Shown here one piece after another: positions 40,047 through 49,776 of a stretch of DNA of 64,000 nt (positions are counted from its first letter, which is position 1; each line of letters starts with the position of its first letter). A program made the position numbers and the translations under genes. The notes beneath the pieces are model-generated. The model worked only from the letters and a program-made list of their open reading frames with translations, did not search any database and was not told the DNA's origin. The stretch is from Gemmatimonadota bacterium (GTDB taxonomy: Bacteria; Gemmatimonadota; Gemmatimonadetes; Gemmatimonadales; GWC2-71-9), in assembly GCA_003221005.1 (NCBI GenBank), contig QHTZ01000078.1, positions 1-64,000 on the forward strand, in the 5' to 3' direction.

Positions 40047-41558
40047 ATGGACCTGTTCCGACGCAAGAGCGTCACCGATCTGCAGGCCGAGGCGCTCACC
40101 GACCACAGCCTGAAGCGCGCTCTGGGCGCGCTGAACCTCACGATGCTCGGAATCGGGGCGATCATCGGGACCGGCATCTTCGTGCTCACGGGCACGGTTG
40201 CGGCGCTCAACGCCGGGCCGGCGGTCGTGCTCTCCTTCGTGCTGGCCGGCGTGGCGTCGATCTTTGCGGCGCTGTGCTACTCTGAATTCGCCTCCCTCGT
40301 GCCCATGGCGGGGAGCGCCTACACCTACGGCTACGCGACCCTCGGGGAGGTCATCGCCTGGATCATCGGGTGGGACCTGATCCTCGAGTACGCGCTCGGG
40401 GCGGTCACGGTCGCGATCGGCTGGTCGGGCTACGTGGTCTCGTTCCTGCACGATGTCGGCTTTGACGTGCCCGGCGCGCTTGCCGCGGCTCGCGGCACAG
40501 CGCTGATCGAGGTCCCCGGCGGGGGGTGGCGGGCGGTGACCGACGCGCTGTTGCAGAGTCTCACCGCGCGCGGCGTCGACCCCAACACGCTGCCGCACGT
40601 GACGGCCGTCTTCAACCTGCCGGCGGTGATCATCATCGCGATCATCACTACGCTGCTCGTTATCGGCATCAAGGAATCGGCCAACGTCAACAACGTCATC
40701 GTGTTCGTGAAGGTGGCCGTGGTGCTGCTATTCATCGTTGGGGCGGCGCACGCCATCAACCCGGCGAACTGGCATCCGTTCATGCCGCCGAACACCGGCG
40801 CCCGCGGCGAGTTCGGGTGGACTGGCGTGATGACGGGGGCGGGGATCGTGTTCTTCGCCTACATCGGCTTCGACGCCGTGAGCACCGCGGCCCAGGAGGC
40901 GAAAAACCCGCAGAAGGACATGCCGATCGGCATCATCGGCTCGCTCCTCATCTGTACGGTCCTGTACATCCTCGTGTCCGGGATCGCGACGGGCGTGGTG
41001 TCGTACAAGGAGCTCAACGTCCCCGACCCGATCGCGGTCGCAGCGGACCACGCGGGGCTCGGGTGGATGTCCACGCTCATCAAGCTGGGCGCGATCGCCG
41101 GACTCTCCTCGGTGATCCTCGTCATGTTGCTCGGGCAATCGCGCGTGTTCTATTCGATGTCGCGGGACGGCCTCCTCCCGCCATTCGTCAACAAGGTCCA
41201 CCCGAAGTTCCAGACTCCCTACATCACCTCCATCATCACCGGCATCGCTGTGGCGTTCGTGGCGTCGCTCCTGACGGTGCGCGAGGCGGGCAGCCTCGTC
41301 TCGATCGGCACGCTCCTAGCCTTCGTGATTGTCTCGGTGGGTGTGGTGTTCCTCCGGGTCCGCGAGCCGGGCCTTGTGCGCCCGTTCAAGACGCCGATCG
41401 TGTGGGCCGTGGCGCCGCTGGGAGCGGTCTCGGCGCTGTATCTCATGGTCTCGCTGCCGTGGCGCACCTGGGAGCGGTTGATCATCTGGTTCGTCTTCGG
41501 GATCGTGATCTACTTCGCGTACGGCGTGCGGAACTCGATGCTCTCGAAGCGGCCCTAG
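40047..41558 (+). CDS. APC-family amino acid permease (cationic amino acid transporter-like), copy 1
   Basis: GAIIGTGIF, GSAYTY and FFAYIGFD motifs. Confidence 0.93.
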   Translation: MDLFRRKSVTDLQAEALTDHSLKRALGALNLTMLGIGAIIGTGIFVLTGTVAALNAGPAVVLSFVLAGVASIFAALCYSEFASLVPMAGSAYTYGYATLGEVIAWIIGWDLILEYALGAVTVAIGWSGYVVSFLHDVGFDVPGALAAARGTALIEVPGGGWRAVTDALLQSLTARGVDPNTLPHVTAVFNLPAVIIIAIITTLLVIGIKESANVNNVIVFVKVAVVLLFIVGAAHAINPANWHPFMPPNTGARGEFGWTGVMTGAGIVFFAYIGFDAVSTAAQEAKNPQKDMPIGIIGSLLICTVLYILVSGIATGVVSYKELNVPDPIAVAADHAGLGWMSTLIKLGAIAGLSSVILVMLLGQSRVFYSMSRDGLLPPFVNKVHPKFQTPYITSIITGIAVAFVASLLTVREAGSLVSIGTLLAFVIVSVGVVFLRVREPGLVRPFKTPIVWAVAPLGAVSALYLMVSLPWRTWERLIIWFVFGIVIYFAYGVRNSMLSKRP

Positions 41559-41570
41559 GGTCGCCGGGCC

Positions 41571-42362
41571 ATGCCGCGCTGGCTGAAGTGGTGTGGCTTG
41601 TGGACGCTGCTGGGGGTCGTGTCGAGCCTCCCCGCCGGGCCGCACCGCTGGGGGCAGGCACTCGCCGCGAGCCTGCCGGCCTGGTATCTGTGGGGACTGC
41701 TCTCACCGGTCGTGGCGTGGCTCGCGCGGCGCTTTCGGGTGGACCGAGCCAGCTTCGGCCGCTACTTCTTCATCCACCTCGGGGCGAGCCTCGATCTCGC
41801 GCTGCTGCATCTCGTTGCCGCGGTAGGGGTGCAGGACCTGCTGCACGCGGCGGCGGGCGAGCCGTATCCCTTCGCGCAGAAGCTGGTGGACACCTTTACG
41901 GTCCTCTATCACTGGAATGTCCTCACCTATTGGGCGATCCTCGCGGTGGTGCACGCGCACGACTACCATCGCGACCTCGAGGCGCGTCGCGCGCTGTCCG
42001 CGCCGCTCGAGCCGCGGTTTGCCGAGCGCGGGCCGGCCCATCGTCTCCTCGTCGAAGACGGGGGGCGCAGCGTGTTCGTGCGCACCGAGGAGGTCGACTG
42101 GGTCGAAGCGGCGAAGAACTACGTGCGCCTCCACGTCGGTGAGCGCACGCACCTCGTACGCACGACCCTCACGGCGCTCGAGCGCCGGCTCGACCCGCAG
42201 CGATTTCGCCGCGTCAGTCGTTCGGCGCTCGTGAACCTGGACCGGGTGCGGGAGCTGCAACCCTGGTTCCACGGAGACGCGATCGTCGTGCTGCACACGG
42301 GCGCCCAGGTCACCCTCAGTCGGCGCTACCGCCACAACCTGCTCGAGCCGGCCGCGCCCTAA
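41571..42362 (+). CDS. Membrane-anchored LytTR-domain regulator
   Basis: About 4 TM helices, then VDWVEAAKNYVRLH...FRRVSRSALVN...LSRRY. Confidence 0.85.
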   Translation: MPRWLKWCGLWTLLGVVSSLPAGPHRWGQALAASLPAWYLWGLLSPVVAWLARRFRVDRASFGRYFFIHLGASLDLALLHLVAAVGVQDLLHAAAGEPYPFAQKLVDTFTVLYHWNVLTYWAILAVVHAHDYHRDLEARRALSAPLEPRFAERGPAHRLLVEDGGRSVFVRTEEVDWVEAAKNYVRLHVGERTHLVRTTLTALERRLDPQRFRRVSRSALVNLDRVRELQPWFHGDAIVVLHTGAQVTLSRRYRHNLLEPAAP

Positions 42363-42438
42363 CCCGTTCGTCCCGCCCCGAGTCCCGCTCGTCCCGCTCG
42401 CGTTCGCTCGCAGGGGTTGCGGCGCGAAATTCGGAGAC

Positions 42439-43938
42439 GTGTCCCTCTTCGCTACCAAGCCCATCGCCGCGCTCCGCGCCGAGGCGGAGACGATGTCCGA
42501 GCGGTCGCTGCGCCGCACGCTCGGACCGCTGCACCTCACGGCGCTCGGCGTGGGCGCGATTATCGGCGCTGGGATCTTCGTTCTCACTGGGGTCGCGGCC
42601 GCCCTGTACGCGGGGCCGGCGGTGCCCGTCTCCATGGTGGTCGCCGGGGTCGCCTGCGGATTCGCGGGGCTGTGCTACGCCGAGATGGCGAGCGCGGTCC
42701 CGGTGGCGGGGAGTGCCTACACGTACGCGTACGCCACGCTGGGAGAGATCGTCGCGTGGATCATCGGCTGGGATCTGATCCTCGAGTACGCCATGGGTGC
42801 GGCGACCGTGGGTGTCGGTTGGTCCGCCACGTTCGTGAGCTTCCTCAGGCTGGTCGGTATCGACGTTCCCGGTTCACTCGCGAGCGCTCCCTTGGCGTTC
42901 TGCACCGCCACCCAGGCGGCCCGCGGGGTGGGGGGCTGCGCCACGGCAGGCTGGCACGCCACGGGGGCGCTGCTCAACCTCCCCGCGGTCTTCATTATCC
43001 TCGCCATCACCGCGATCCTCGTCATCGGCATCCGCGAGTCGGCGCGGTTCAACAGCCTGATCGTGATCGTGAAGACCGCGGTGCTGCTCGTGTTCGTGGT
43101 CGCGGGCTACCGGTACGTGCAGGCCGCGAACTGGCAGCCGTTCATTCCGCCCAATACCGGGGTGTTCGGCGAGTTCGGCTGGTCGGGAGTGCTCCGGGGC
43201 TCGGGGCTGATCTTTTTCGCGTACATCGGCTTCGACGCGGTGAGCACGGCCGCCCAGGAGGCGCGTAATCCCCAGAAGGACATGCCGGTGGGCATCCTCG
43301 CGTCGCTCGGCATTTGCACGCTCCTGTATTGCCTGGTGTCCCTCGTGCTGACCGGCATGATCTCGTACAAGGAGCTGAACGTGCCGTCCCCCGTGATCAT
43401 GGTGGTCGAGCGCGTGCCACAGCTCGCCTGGTTCCGGCCGGTGATAACGCTCGGCGCGGTGCTGGGCCTCGGCTCGACGATCCTCGTGATGTTGCTGGGC
43501 CAATCGCGCGTCTTCTATGCGATGTCCCGCGACGGCCTGCTCGGCGGCTGGGCGGGGAGGGTGCATCCGCGATTTCGGACGCCCTACCTGTCGACGATCT
43601 ACACCGGGATCGCGGTCGCGGCGTTCACCGGCCTGTTCCCGATCCAGATTCTCGGCCAGCTGGTGAACATCGGCACCCTGCTCGCGTTCGTGCTGGTGTG
43701 CGCCGGCGTGTGGATCCTGCGGCACACGCGACCCGATCTCGAGCGACCATTTCGCGCGCCCCTCGTGCCGCTCGTTCCCATCCTCGGCATCCTGTCGTGT
43801 CTCGGTCTCATGCTGACGCTCCCCTTGGACACATGGATCCGCCTGCTCGTGTGGCTCGTGATCGGGTTCGCGATCTACTTCGCGTACGGGCGGAAGCACA
43901 GCTTCCTCACTGCCAAAGATGTCGAGGAGAGGCGTTGA
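42439..43938 (+). CDS. APC-family amino acid permease, copy 2
   Basis: Same motifs as copy 1; clear paralog. Confidence 0.93.
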   Translation: MSLFATKPIAALRAEAETMSERSLRRTLGPLHLTALGVGAIIGAGIFVLTGVAAALYAGPAVPVSMVVAGVACGFAGLCYAEMASAVPVAGSAYTYAYATLGEIVAWIIGWDLILEYAMGAATVGVGWSATFVSFLRLVGIDVPGSLASAPLAFCTATQAARGVGGCATAGWHATGALLNLPAVFIILAITAILVIGIRESARFNSLIVIVKTAVLLVFVVAGYRYVQAANWQPFIPPNTGVFGEFGWSGVLRGSGLIFFAYIGFDAVSTAAQEARNPQKDMPVGILASLGICTLLYCLVSLVLTGMISYKELNVPSPVIMVVERVPQLAWFRPVITLGAVLGLGSTILVMLLGQSRVFYAMSRDGLLGGWAGRVHPRFRTPYLSTIYTGIAVAAFTGLFPIQILGQLVNIGTLLAFVLVCAGVWILRHTRPDLERPFRAPLVPLVPILGILSCLGLMLTLPLDTWIRLLVWLVIGFAIYFAYGRKHSFLTAKDVEERR

Positions 43939-44025
43939 AGAGAAACGTCGAGGGTGAGGCGTAGCGAGCGACGTATTCTCTCAACGCTTCTTCTTGACGG
44001 TTTTCCTCGACGCCTTTCCTTGACG
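43920..44025. repeat. 13-bp tandem plus inverted tandem element spanning the permease stop
   Basis: CGTCGAGGAGAGG-like x3, then CCTTTCCTTGACG-like x4. Confidence 0.75.
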
Positions 44026-44036
44026 TAGTTTTATGC

Positions 44037-45068
44037 ATGACCGTCCCCATTCCCCCCGACCGCGTGCGTGGTGCGCAGGAAATCGCCGCGGTGCTCACGC
44101 CCGGCCGCAAGGTTGCCTTGACGACGCACGTCAATGCAGACGGTGACGGCGTGGGCAGCGAAGTCGCGCTGTGGCACCTGCTCACCGCGCGCCGCCTGGC
44201 CCCCGTGATCGGCAACCCGACGCCTATCCCTTCACGGTTCGACTTTCTCGTCCCGAGTGGCGCCGACCGCTCCGATCGTGCCGCGAAGGAGATCGAGGCG
44301 GCGGACGTGGTCGTGGTGCTGGACATTTCGGACCTCTCGCGCCTGGGGGATTTGGCGTCGGCGGTCAAGAAGACGCGCGGGCCGACGGTGTGCATCGACC
44401 ATCACGTCAGCCCTCCCCGCGGCGCGATGCCCGGAGGTCCCCGCCTCATCGCCCCCGAGGCGTCCGCCACGGCGGAGCTCGTGTTCGACCTCGCCACCGC
44501 GCTCACCTGGGAGCTCACGCCCGAAGTCGCCCGCGCGCTCTACGTGGGCATCCTGACCGACACCGGCGCGTTCCGGTTCGCGAACACCACGCCGCGGGTG
44601 CTTCAGGTCGCGAGCGCGCTGCTGGGCGGGGGGCAGGGCCTCGATCCCGAGTCCATCTATGAATCGGTGTATGCCAGCGCCCCGGAGGGCCGGATCCGGC
44701 TCACCGCCGAGGTGCTCCAGACGCTGGTCGTCGAGCCGGATGTGGGGCTCGCCTGGGTCACGGTCCCCCCGGACGCCCTGGCCCGCCACGGTGCCACGCC
44801 CGACGATCTCGACGGCATCGTGGAGTTCCCCCGCTCGATCGCCGGGGTGCGGCTGGCGCTCCTGTTCCGGCAACTCGCGAACGGGCGGATCAAGGTGTCG
44901 TTCCGGTCGCTCGGGAACGTGGATTCCGCGGCGCTGGCGCACGAGTTCGCTGGCGGCGGCCATCGCAAGGCCGCGGGAGCGTCGCTGGAGGGCTCGCTCG
45001 CCACGGTGCAGCAGCGGGTGCTGGACGCCGCGCGGCGCCATTTGCGACTCCAGCCCGCTGGGTCTTGA
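44037..45068 (+). CDS. nrnA: DHH-family nanoRNase/pAp phosphatase
   Basis: HVNADGD, IDHH, TDTG and GGGH motifs. Confidence 0.9.
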   Translation: MTVPIPPDRVRGAQEIAAVLTPGRKVALTTHVNADGDGVGSEVALWHLLTARRLAPVIGNPTPIPSRFDFLVPSGADRSDRAAKEIEAADVVVVLDISDLSRLGDLASAVKKTRGPTVCIDHHVSPPRGAMPGGPRLIAPEASATAELVFDLATALTWELTPEVARALYVGILTDTGAFRFANTTPRVLQVASALLGGGQGLDPESIYESVYASAPEGRIRLTAEVLQTLVVEPDVGLAWVTVPPDALARHGATPDDLDGIVEFPRSIAGVRLALLFRQLANGRIKVSFRSLGNVDSAALAHEFAGGGHRKAAGASLEGSLATVQQRVLDAARRHLRLQPAGS

Positions 45069-45119
45069 GCGAGGGAAGGGGCGGGTCGGGCCGGCGAGCG
45101 TTATACTCCTCAGGACGCC

Positions 45120-45395
45120 GTGCCGACCCCGTCTCGACTGTCGTTCCGCGTCGCACTCCTCTTGGCCGCCGCGCCGCTCCCCGTCCCGGCCCAGTCGCCC
45201 GTCTCCGCTGCGACCGGCCGCATTGCCTACGACGCAGAGGTCGGCCTCGGCGTGCGCGCTAATGCGGGCACGATCATTAAGGCGAGCTACCGGCACTCCT
45301 GGTGGCACGGAGCCGCGCTACGGGATGGCTACGCCCTCGCCCTTCAGGTCTCCTACCACGTCGACGTGATGGACTTGTTCGAGCGCAAGCGCTAG
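45120..45395 (+). CDS. Small secreted hypothetical protein
   Basis: Signal peptide then about 3 amphipathic beta-strands; TATACT upstream. Confidence 0.55.
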   Translation: MPTPSRLSFRVALLLAAAPLPVPAQSPVSAATGRIAYDAEVGLGVRANAGTIIKASYRHSWWHGAALRDGYALALQVSYHVDVMDLFERKR

Positions 45396-45401
45396 GGGAT
45401 C

Positions 45402-46001
45402 GTGCTACCCCTGCTCATCGCAGGCCTCACGCTCACGGCCGCGCCAGCAGACAGCGCGGACTCGGTCGTCTACGTGCTCACCGCACTGAGCCGCTTCGAG
45501 GTGCGGGTGGGGAAGTCCGGGATGTTCGGGTTCCTCGGGCACGATCATCTCATCCGCGCGCATGCCGCCCGCGGTCGCGTCGTGTACCATCCGGTCGTGC
45601 CGGCCGACTCGCGGGTCGAGATCGTGGTGCTCGCGGACAGCCTGGAAGTCCTGACGCCTCCCGACACCGCCGAGCTCCGCCAGGTGACCGAGGTGATGCG
45701 GACCCAGGTGCTCGGCGTCCGCGATCACCCCGAGATCGTCTTCACGGCGCGGGAGGTGACGCCGATCGCCGGAGGGGTTCGCGTGCGGGGCGCGTTCACG
45801 CTGGTGGGCGTGACCCGCGACGTGGTCGCCGATGTCGCCCTCACCGTCGGAGCCGACACCTTGTGGGCAACGGGCAAGTTCGCGGTGAAGCAGACGGACT
45901 TCGGGATCAGACCGGTGCGGGCCGGCGGGGGCACCGTGCGCGTTGCCGACCGTGTCGCCATCGAGTTCGCGGTGGTCGCCGTGCGCGAGCCCGGCGACTG
46001 A
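45402..46001 (+). CDS. YceI-family protein
   Basis: Signal peptide, HPEIVF, GAFTLVGVTR and KQTDFGI motifs. Confidence 0.85.
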   Translation: MLPLLIAGLTLTAAPADSADSVVYVLTALSRFEVRVGKSGMFGFLGHDHLIRAHAARGRVVYHPVVPADSRVEIVVLADSLEVLTPPDTAELRQVTEVMRTQVLGVRDHPEIVFTAREVTPIAGGVRVRGAFTLVGVTRDVVADVALTVGADTLWATGKFAVKQTDFGIRPVRAGGGTVRVADRVAIEFAVVAVREPGD

Positions 46002-46003
46002 CC

Positions 46004-46486
46004 TCAGGGGCGCAGCTGGCGCTGGATCGCGTCGGCCACGTCGTGCGCGCACTCGACCAGCGCCCACATGGGCCTGATCCCTTCCTCCAGCACCGATGCG
46101 ACGATCTCCCCGATGCGCCGGCCGGTGTGCGCGTCCCGCAGCTCGCTGCGCAGCGTGCAGCCGGTTACGCCCGGACCCTCGAGCTGAAGGGTGAAGGGCA
46201 TGCCTCTGAACCCCTCCAGGGCGCTCGTGACCAGGAGCGCTGCAACCGTCGTGTCGGGCGGCGGCGCTGCGGCAACCGTGAGGCCGTGCGACTGCAGCCG
46301 CGCGGCGAGCTGCGTGCGCAGGGAATCGGTGACGTTGAGGTTGAAGCGGGAGCCTGTTTCGTCGGTGACCGGCCCCACGACGAAAACGCGATAACCCTTG
46401 AGCGAAGCGCCGGGCTCGAGCATGACTTGAGGACGCACCGGGGTGCAGGCGCTCACCACCAAGAGCAGAGCCGTTCTCCATTTCAT
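46004..46486 (-). CDS. Hypothetical lipoprotein
   Basis: MKWRTALLLVVSAC lipobox. Confidence 0.65.
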   Translation of the reverse strand: MKWRTALLLVVSACTPVRPQVMLEPGASLKGYRVFVVGPVTDETGSRFNLNVTDSLRTQLAARLQSHGLTVAAAPPPDTTVAALLVTSALEGFRGMPFTLQLEGPGVTGCTLRSELRDAHTGRRIGEIVASVLEEGIRPMWALVECAHDVADAIQRQLRP

Positions 46487-46567
46487 GCATTGGGAGAACC
46501 CGCGGACCGGCAGCGTGGTTCCATCTCTCGTTGACCCCCTCCCGCGCGAGCGGGTACATTCCCGCCG

Positions 46568-47662
46568 GTGGCCGCTTCCAACACACTCCAGGCGCAGGTC
46601 GAGCGCGCCCTCGCCAAGCTCCCGAACCCCCGCCTCGCCAAGGACGTCGTCTCGGCCGGGATGGTGAAGGACCTCGCCGTGGATGGCGGGGCGGTCACGT
46701 TCACGTTTCTCCTCGCCCGCGATGACCCCGGGACGCTGGTGCGCGAGGCGCGCAAGACGGTGAAGGCCGTGCCGGGCGTGACCGCCGTGACGATCAACGT
46801 GAAGGACTCGGGAGGAGGGACGGGGGAGGGGGGACGAGTCGCCGCGGCGACGGCCGCGGCCCGTGGCGGCGTGCCGCCCCCACCCACGCCCATCGAGCAA
46901 CCCAATCTCGGTGCGGCCCTCGCGATCTCGTCCGGCAAGGGCGGGGTCGGGAAGTCCACCGTTTCCGCCAACCTCGCCGCCGCCCTGGCGCGCGACGGCC
47001 ACCGCGTCGGACTGATGGACGCCGACATCTACGGCCCCAACATCCCCCGGATGATGGGGGTGGGGGGAGGCCGGAAGCCGGAAGTTCACGGCGGCAGGAT
47101 CCAGCCGCTCGAGGGACACGGCGTCAAGCTGATGTCGCTCGGCTTCCTGGTCGAGCGCGACGCGCCCGCCATCTGGCGGGGTCCGATCATCATGAAGGTC
47201 ATCCAGCAGTTCCTGCGGGAGGTGGCGTGGGGCGAGCTGGACTACTTCCTCATCGACCTCCCGCCCGGCACGGGAGACGCCCAGCTGTCCCTGGCGCAAT
47301 CGATCACGCTCCGGGGTGCCATCATCGTCACGACGCCGCAGGAGATGGCGGTCGGCGACAGCCTGCGCGGCGCGAAGATGTTCGAGCGCGTGGGCGTGCC
47401 CGTGGTCGGCGTGGTCGAGAACATGAGTTACTACATCTGCCCGCATTGCGGCGAGCGCACCGAGATCTTTCTCACGGGCGGTGGTGAGCGGCTTGCGCGC
47501 GAGCTCGACGTGCCGCTGCTCGGCCAGGTGCCCCTGCAGGCGCGCATGGCGGACTTCGCGGACGCCGGCAAGCCGATTGTGCTGGCCGAGCCGTCGTCTC
47601 CCGCCGGCGTGGCGCTCGCGGAGATCGCCGCGCGGTTGAGCCAGCGGCTCGCCGCGCGCTGA
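46568..47662 (+). CDS. mrp: Mrp/ApbC (NBP35-family) Fe-S carrier ATPase
   Basis: GKGGVGKS, DADIYGP, DLPPGTGD, ENMS and CPHC motifs; TTGACC-18-TACATT promoter 7 nt upstream. Confidence 0.93.
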   Translation: MAASNTLQAQVERALAKLPNPRLAKDVVSAGMVKDLAVDGGAVTFTFLLARDDPGTLVREARKTVKAVPGVTAVTINVKDSGGGTGEGGRVAAATAAARGGVPPPPTPIEQPNLGAALAISSGKGGVGKSTVSANLAAALARDGHRVGLMDADIYGPNIPRMMGVGGGRKPEVHGGRIQPLEGHGVKLMSLGFLVERDAPAIWRGPIIMKVIQQFLREVAWGELDYFLIDLPPGTGDAQLSLAQSITLRGAIIVTTPQEMAVGDSLRGAKMFERVGVPVVGVVENMSYYICPHCGERTEIFLTGGGERLARELDVPLLGQVPLQARMADFADAGKPIVLAEPSSPAGVALAEIAARLSQRLAAR

Positions 47663-47664
47663 CC

Positions 47665-49011
47665 GTGCCGGTCGTCGGCGGGGGGACCGTCCCGGGCGTC
47701 CTCACCGTCGGTCCGCTGCAGCGCGCCATCCTGCGTCTCGCGGCGCCCGCCGTCGCGATGATGGCGTGCCACTTCTGCTTCAACCTCATCGACAGCATCT
47801 GGGTGGGGCGCCTGATCGGCCCTGCGGCGCTCGCCGCCGTGTCCACCGGCGGGTTCTACGTCTGGATCCTGCTGAGCCTGGGGGAGATGGTGGAGGTCGG
47901 GCTGATCGCCGTCGCGGCCCGCCGGCACGGCGAGGGGTTGCCCGAGGCCGCGGCGCGCGCGGCGGGGGCGGCGGTGCTGTACGCGCTTGGCGCCGGAGCG
48001 GCCGTGAGCCTGCTCGGCCTCGCGCTCACCGACGCGCTGTTCCGACTGATGACGGTGCCCCCTGAGGTCGCGCGCCTGGGGCACGAGTATCTCGCGACCT
48101 GGCTGCTGGGCGGTCCGCTTGTGTTCGGGTTCTTCGCGGTCGAGGCGACGTTCCGCGCCTCGGGCGACACGCGCACGCCGTTCCTCCTGCTCGCCGCCTC
48201 GGTGCTGCTCTCGGTCGGGCTCGACCCCCTGCTGATCGCGGGGCTGGGTCCCTTCCCGAAGCTGGGCGTCGAGGGGGCGGCCACCGCGTCCGTGATGGTG
48301 CGAGGCGGCGGGTTCCTCATCGGCGTGGTGATCGCGCTCGAGCGCGGGCTGATCAGGCTGCGCGCGCCTGATTGGCGCGCCGTGCCGGCCGTTTTCCGGA
48401 TCGGCGCGCCGCTGTCGCTCGCCGGGGTGTTGCTCTCGGTGATCTACATGTGGCTGACCCGCTTCACCTCGCGCTTCGGTACGCCGGCGCTCGCAGCGCT
48501 CGGCGTCGGACACAAGGTGGAAGGGCTGGGATTCATCGCCATCTCGGGGTTCGCCCTCTCGGCGAGCGCGCTCGTGGGACAGAATTTGGGCGCGGGGCTG
48601 GAGCAGCGCGCCCGGCAGGCCGTGCGGCTAACGATCCGCTACTGTTTGGTCGTGACGGTCACGACCGCCGTAGCCTTTCTCACGCTGCCGGGCACCTTGG
48701 TCGCGCTGTTCACGTCCGATCCGGCGGTGATCGCGGACGGGAGCCTGTACCTGCGGGTGATCGCGTTCGCGCAGATCGGGCAGACGTTCGAGATCATCCT
48801 CGAGGGCGCACTCGCGGGCGCGGGGTACACGTTCTGGCCGCAGCTCGCGAGCACCTCGCTCACCCTGACGCGCGTCCCACTGGCGGCGTGGTGGTCCGCG
48901 ACCTTCGGGCTGCTCGGTATCTGGCTGGCGCTGTCGGTGACGGCGGTGGCGCGCGGAGTGGCGATGACGGTCTTCTGGCGCAGCGGGAGGTGGCAGGGGA
49001 GAAGGGTCTGA
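47665..49011 (+). CDS. MATE-family efflux transporter
   Basis: 12 TM helices; RASGDTRTP, GVEGAATA and VGQNLGAG motifs. Confidence 0.92.
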   Translation: MPVVGGGTVPGVLTVGPLQRAILRLAAPAVAMMACHFCFNLIDSIWVGRLIGPAALAAVSTGGFYVWILLSLGEMVEVGLIAVAARRHGEGLPEAAARAAGAAVLYALGAGAAVSLLGLALTDALFRLMTVPPEVARLGHEYLATWLLGGPLVFGFFAVEATFRASGDTRTPFLLLAASVLLSVGLDPLLIAGLGPFPKLGVEGAATASVMVRGGGFLIGVVIALERGLIRLRAPDWRAVPAVFRIGAPLSLAGVLLSVIYMWLTRFTSRFGTPALAALGVGHKVEGLGFIAISGFALSASALVGQNLGAGLEQRARQAVRLTIRYCLVVTVTTAVAFLTLPGTLVALFTSDPAVIADGSLYLRVIAFAQIGQTFEIILEGALAGAGYTFWPQLASTSLTLTRVPLAAWWSATFGLLGIWLALSVTAVARGVAMTVFWRSGRWQGRRV

Positions 49012-49754
49012 TGCCGGCGATTATCACGCTGCTCACCGATTTCGGCACTGCCGACAGCTACGTGGGCGAGGTGCGCGCCGTGCTCGCCTCGCAGGCGAAT
49101 CCGGCGCTGCTCGTCGACATCACGCACGAGGTGCCGCCCGGGGACATCCGCGCGGCCCAATACATCTTCTCGCGGGTGTGGCACCGCTTCCCGCGAGGCA
49201 CCGTGCACCTGGTCGTGGTCGATCCCGGCGTGGGGACGGCGCGGCGCGCGCTCGCGGCCGAGACTGCGGGACAGTTCTTCGTCGCGCCCGACAACGGTCT
49301 GCTCTCATCGCTCCCGGCTGGCGCGCGCTTCGTGGCCCTCCCTGTGCCGGTGGGTGCCGCGCCGACGTTTCACGCGCGCGACGTCTTTGCCCCCGCTGCC
49401 GCGCAGCTCGCGAATGGGACCGCACCGGCGCATCTCGGCCACGCCATCACTGACCCCGTGCGCACACCACTGCCCGCGGCGCGGCTGGACGGAGGAGTTT
49501 GGGTGGGGGAAGTGATCTACATCGACCGTTTCGGCACGCTGATCACCAACGTTCCCGGCGGAGACGTGAAGCCCGGGGCCCGCGTGAGGATTGGCGGTGC
49601 GGAGGTGAGCGCGCTGCGTCGCACGTTCGGCGATGTGCCGCGCGGTGAGGTCGTCGCTTTCGTCGGGAGCGGCGGGACAGTGGAGATCGCGGTGCGGGAT
49701 GGGAGTGCGGCGAAAGTTCTTGGCGTGGGCGTGGGAGTGGAAATCAGAGCATGA
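49011..49754 (+). CDS. DUF62 SAM hydrolase/chlorinase-fluorinase family protein
   Basis: TLLTDFG, VVDPGVG, PDNG, TFHARD and DRFG motifs. Confidence 0.92.
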   Translation: MPAIITLLTDFGTADSYVGEVRAVLASQANPALLVDITHEVPPGDIRAAQYIFSRVWHRFPRGTVHLVVVDPGVGTARRALAAETAGQFFVAPDNGLLSSLPAGARFVALPVPVGAAPTFHARDVFAPAAAQLANGTAPAHLGHAITDPVRTPLPAARLDGGVWVGEVIYIDRFGTLITNVPGGDVKPGARVRIGGAEVSALRRTFGDVPRGEVVAFVGSGGTVEIAVRDGSAAKVLGVGVGVEIRA

Positions 49755-49776
49755 GGCGGCAGGGGCGGCACACCAC

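Noticed and set aside
49011-49754. Halogenase (fluorinase/chlorinase) of a natural-product cluster
   Set aside because: Housekeeping context with no biosynthetic genes; most DUF62 proteins are SAM hydrolases
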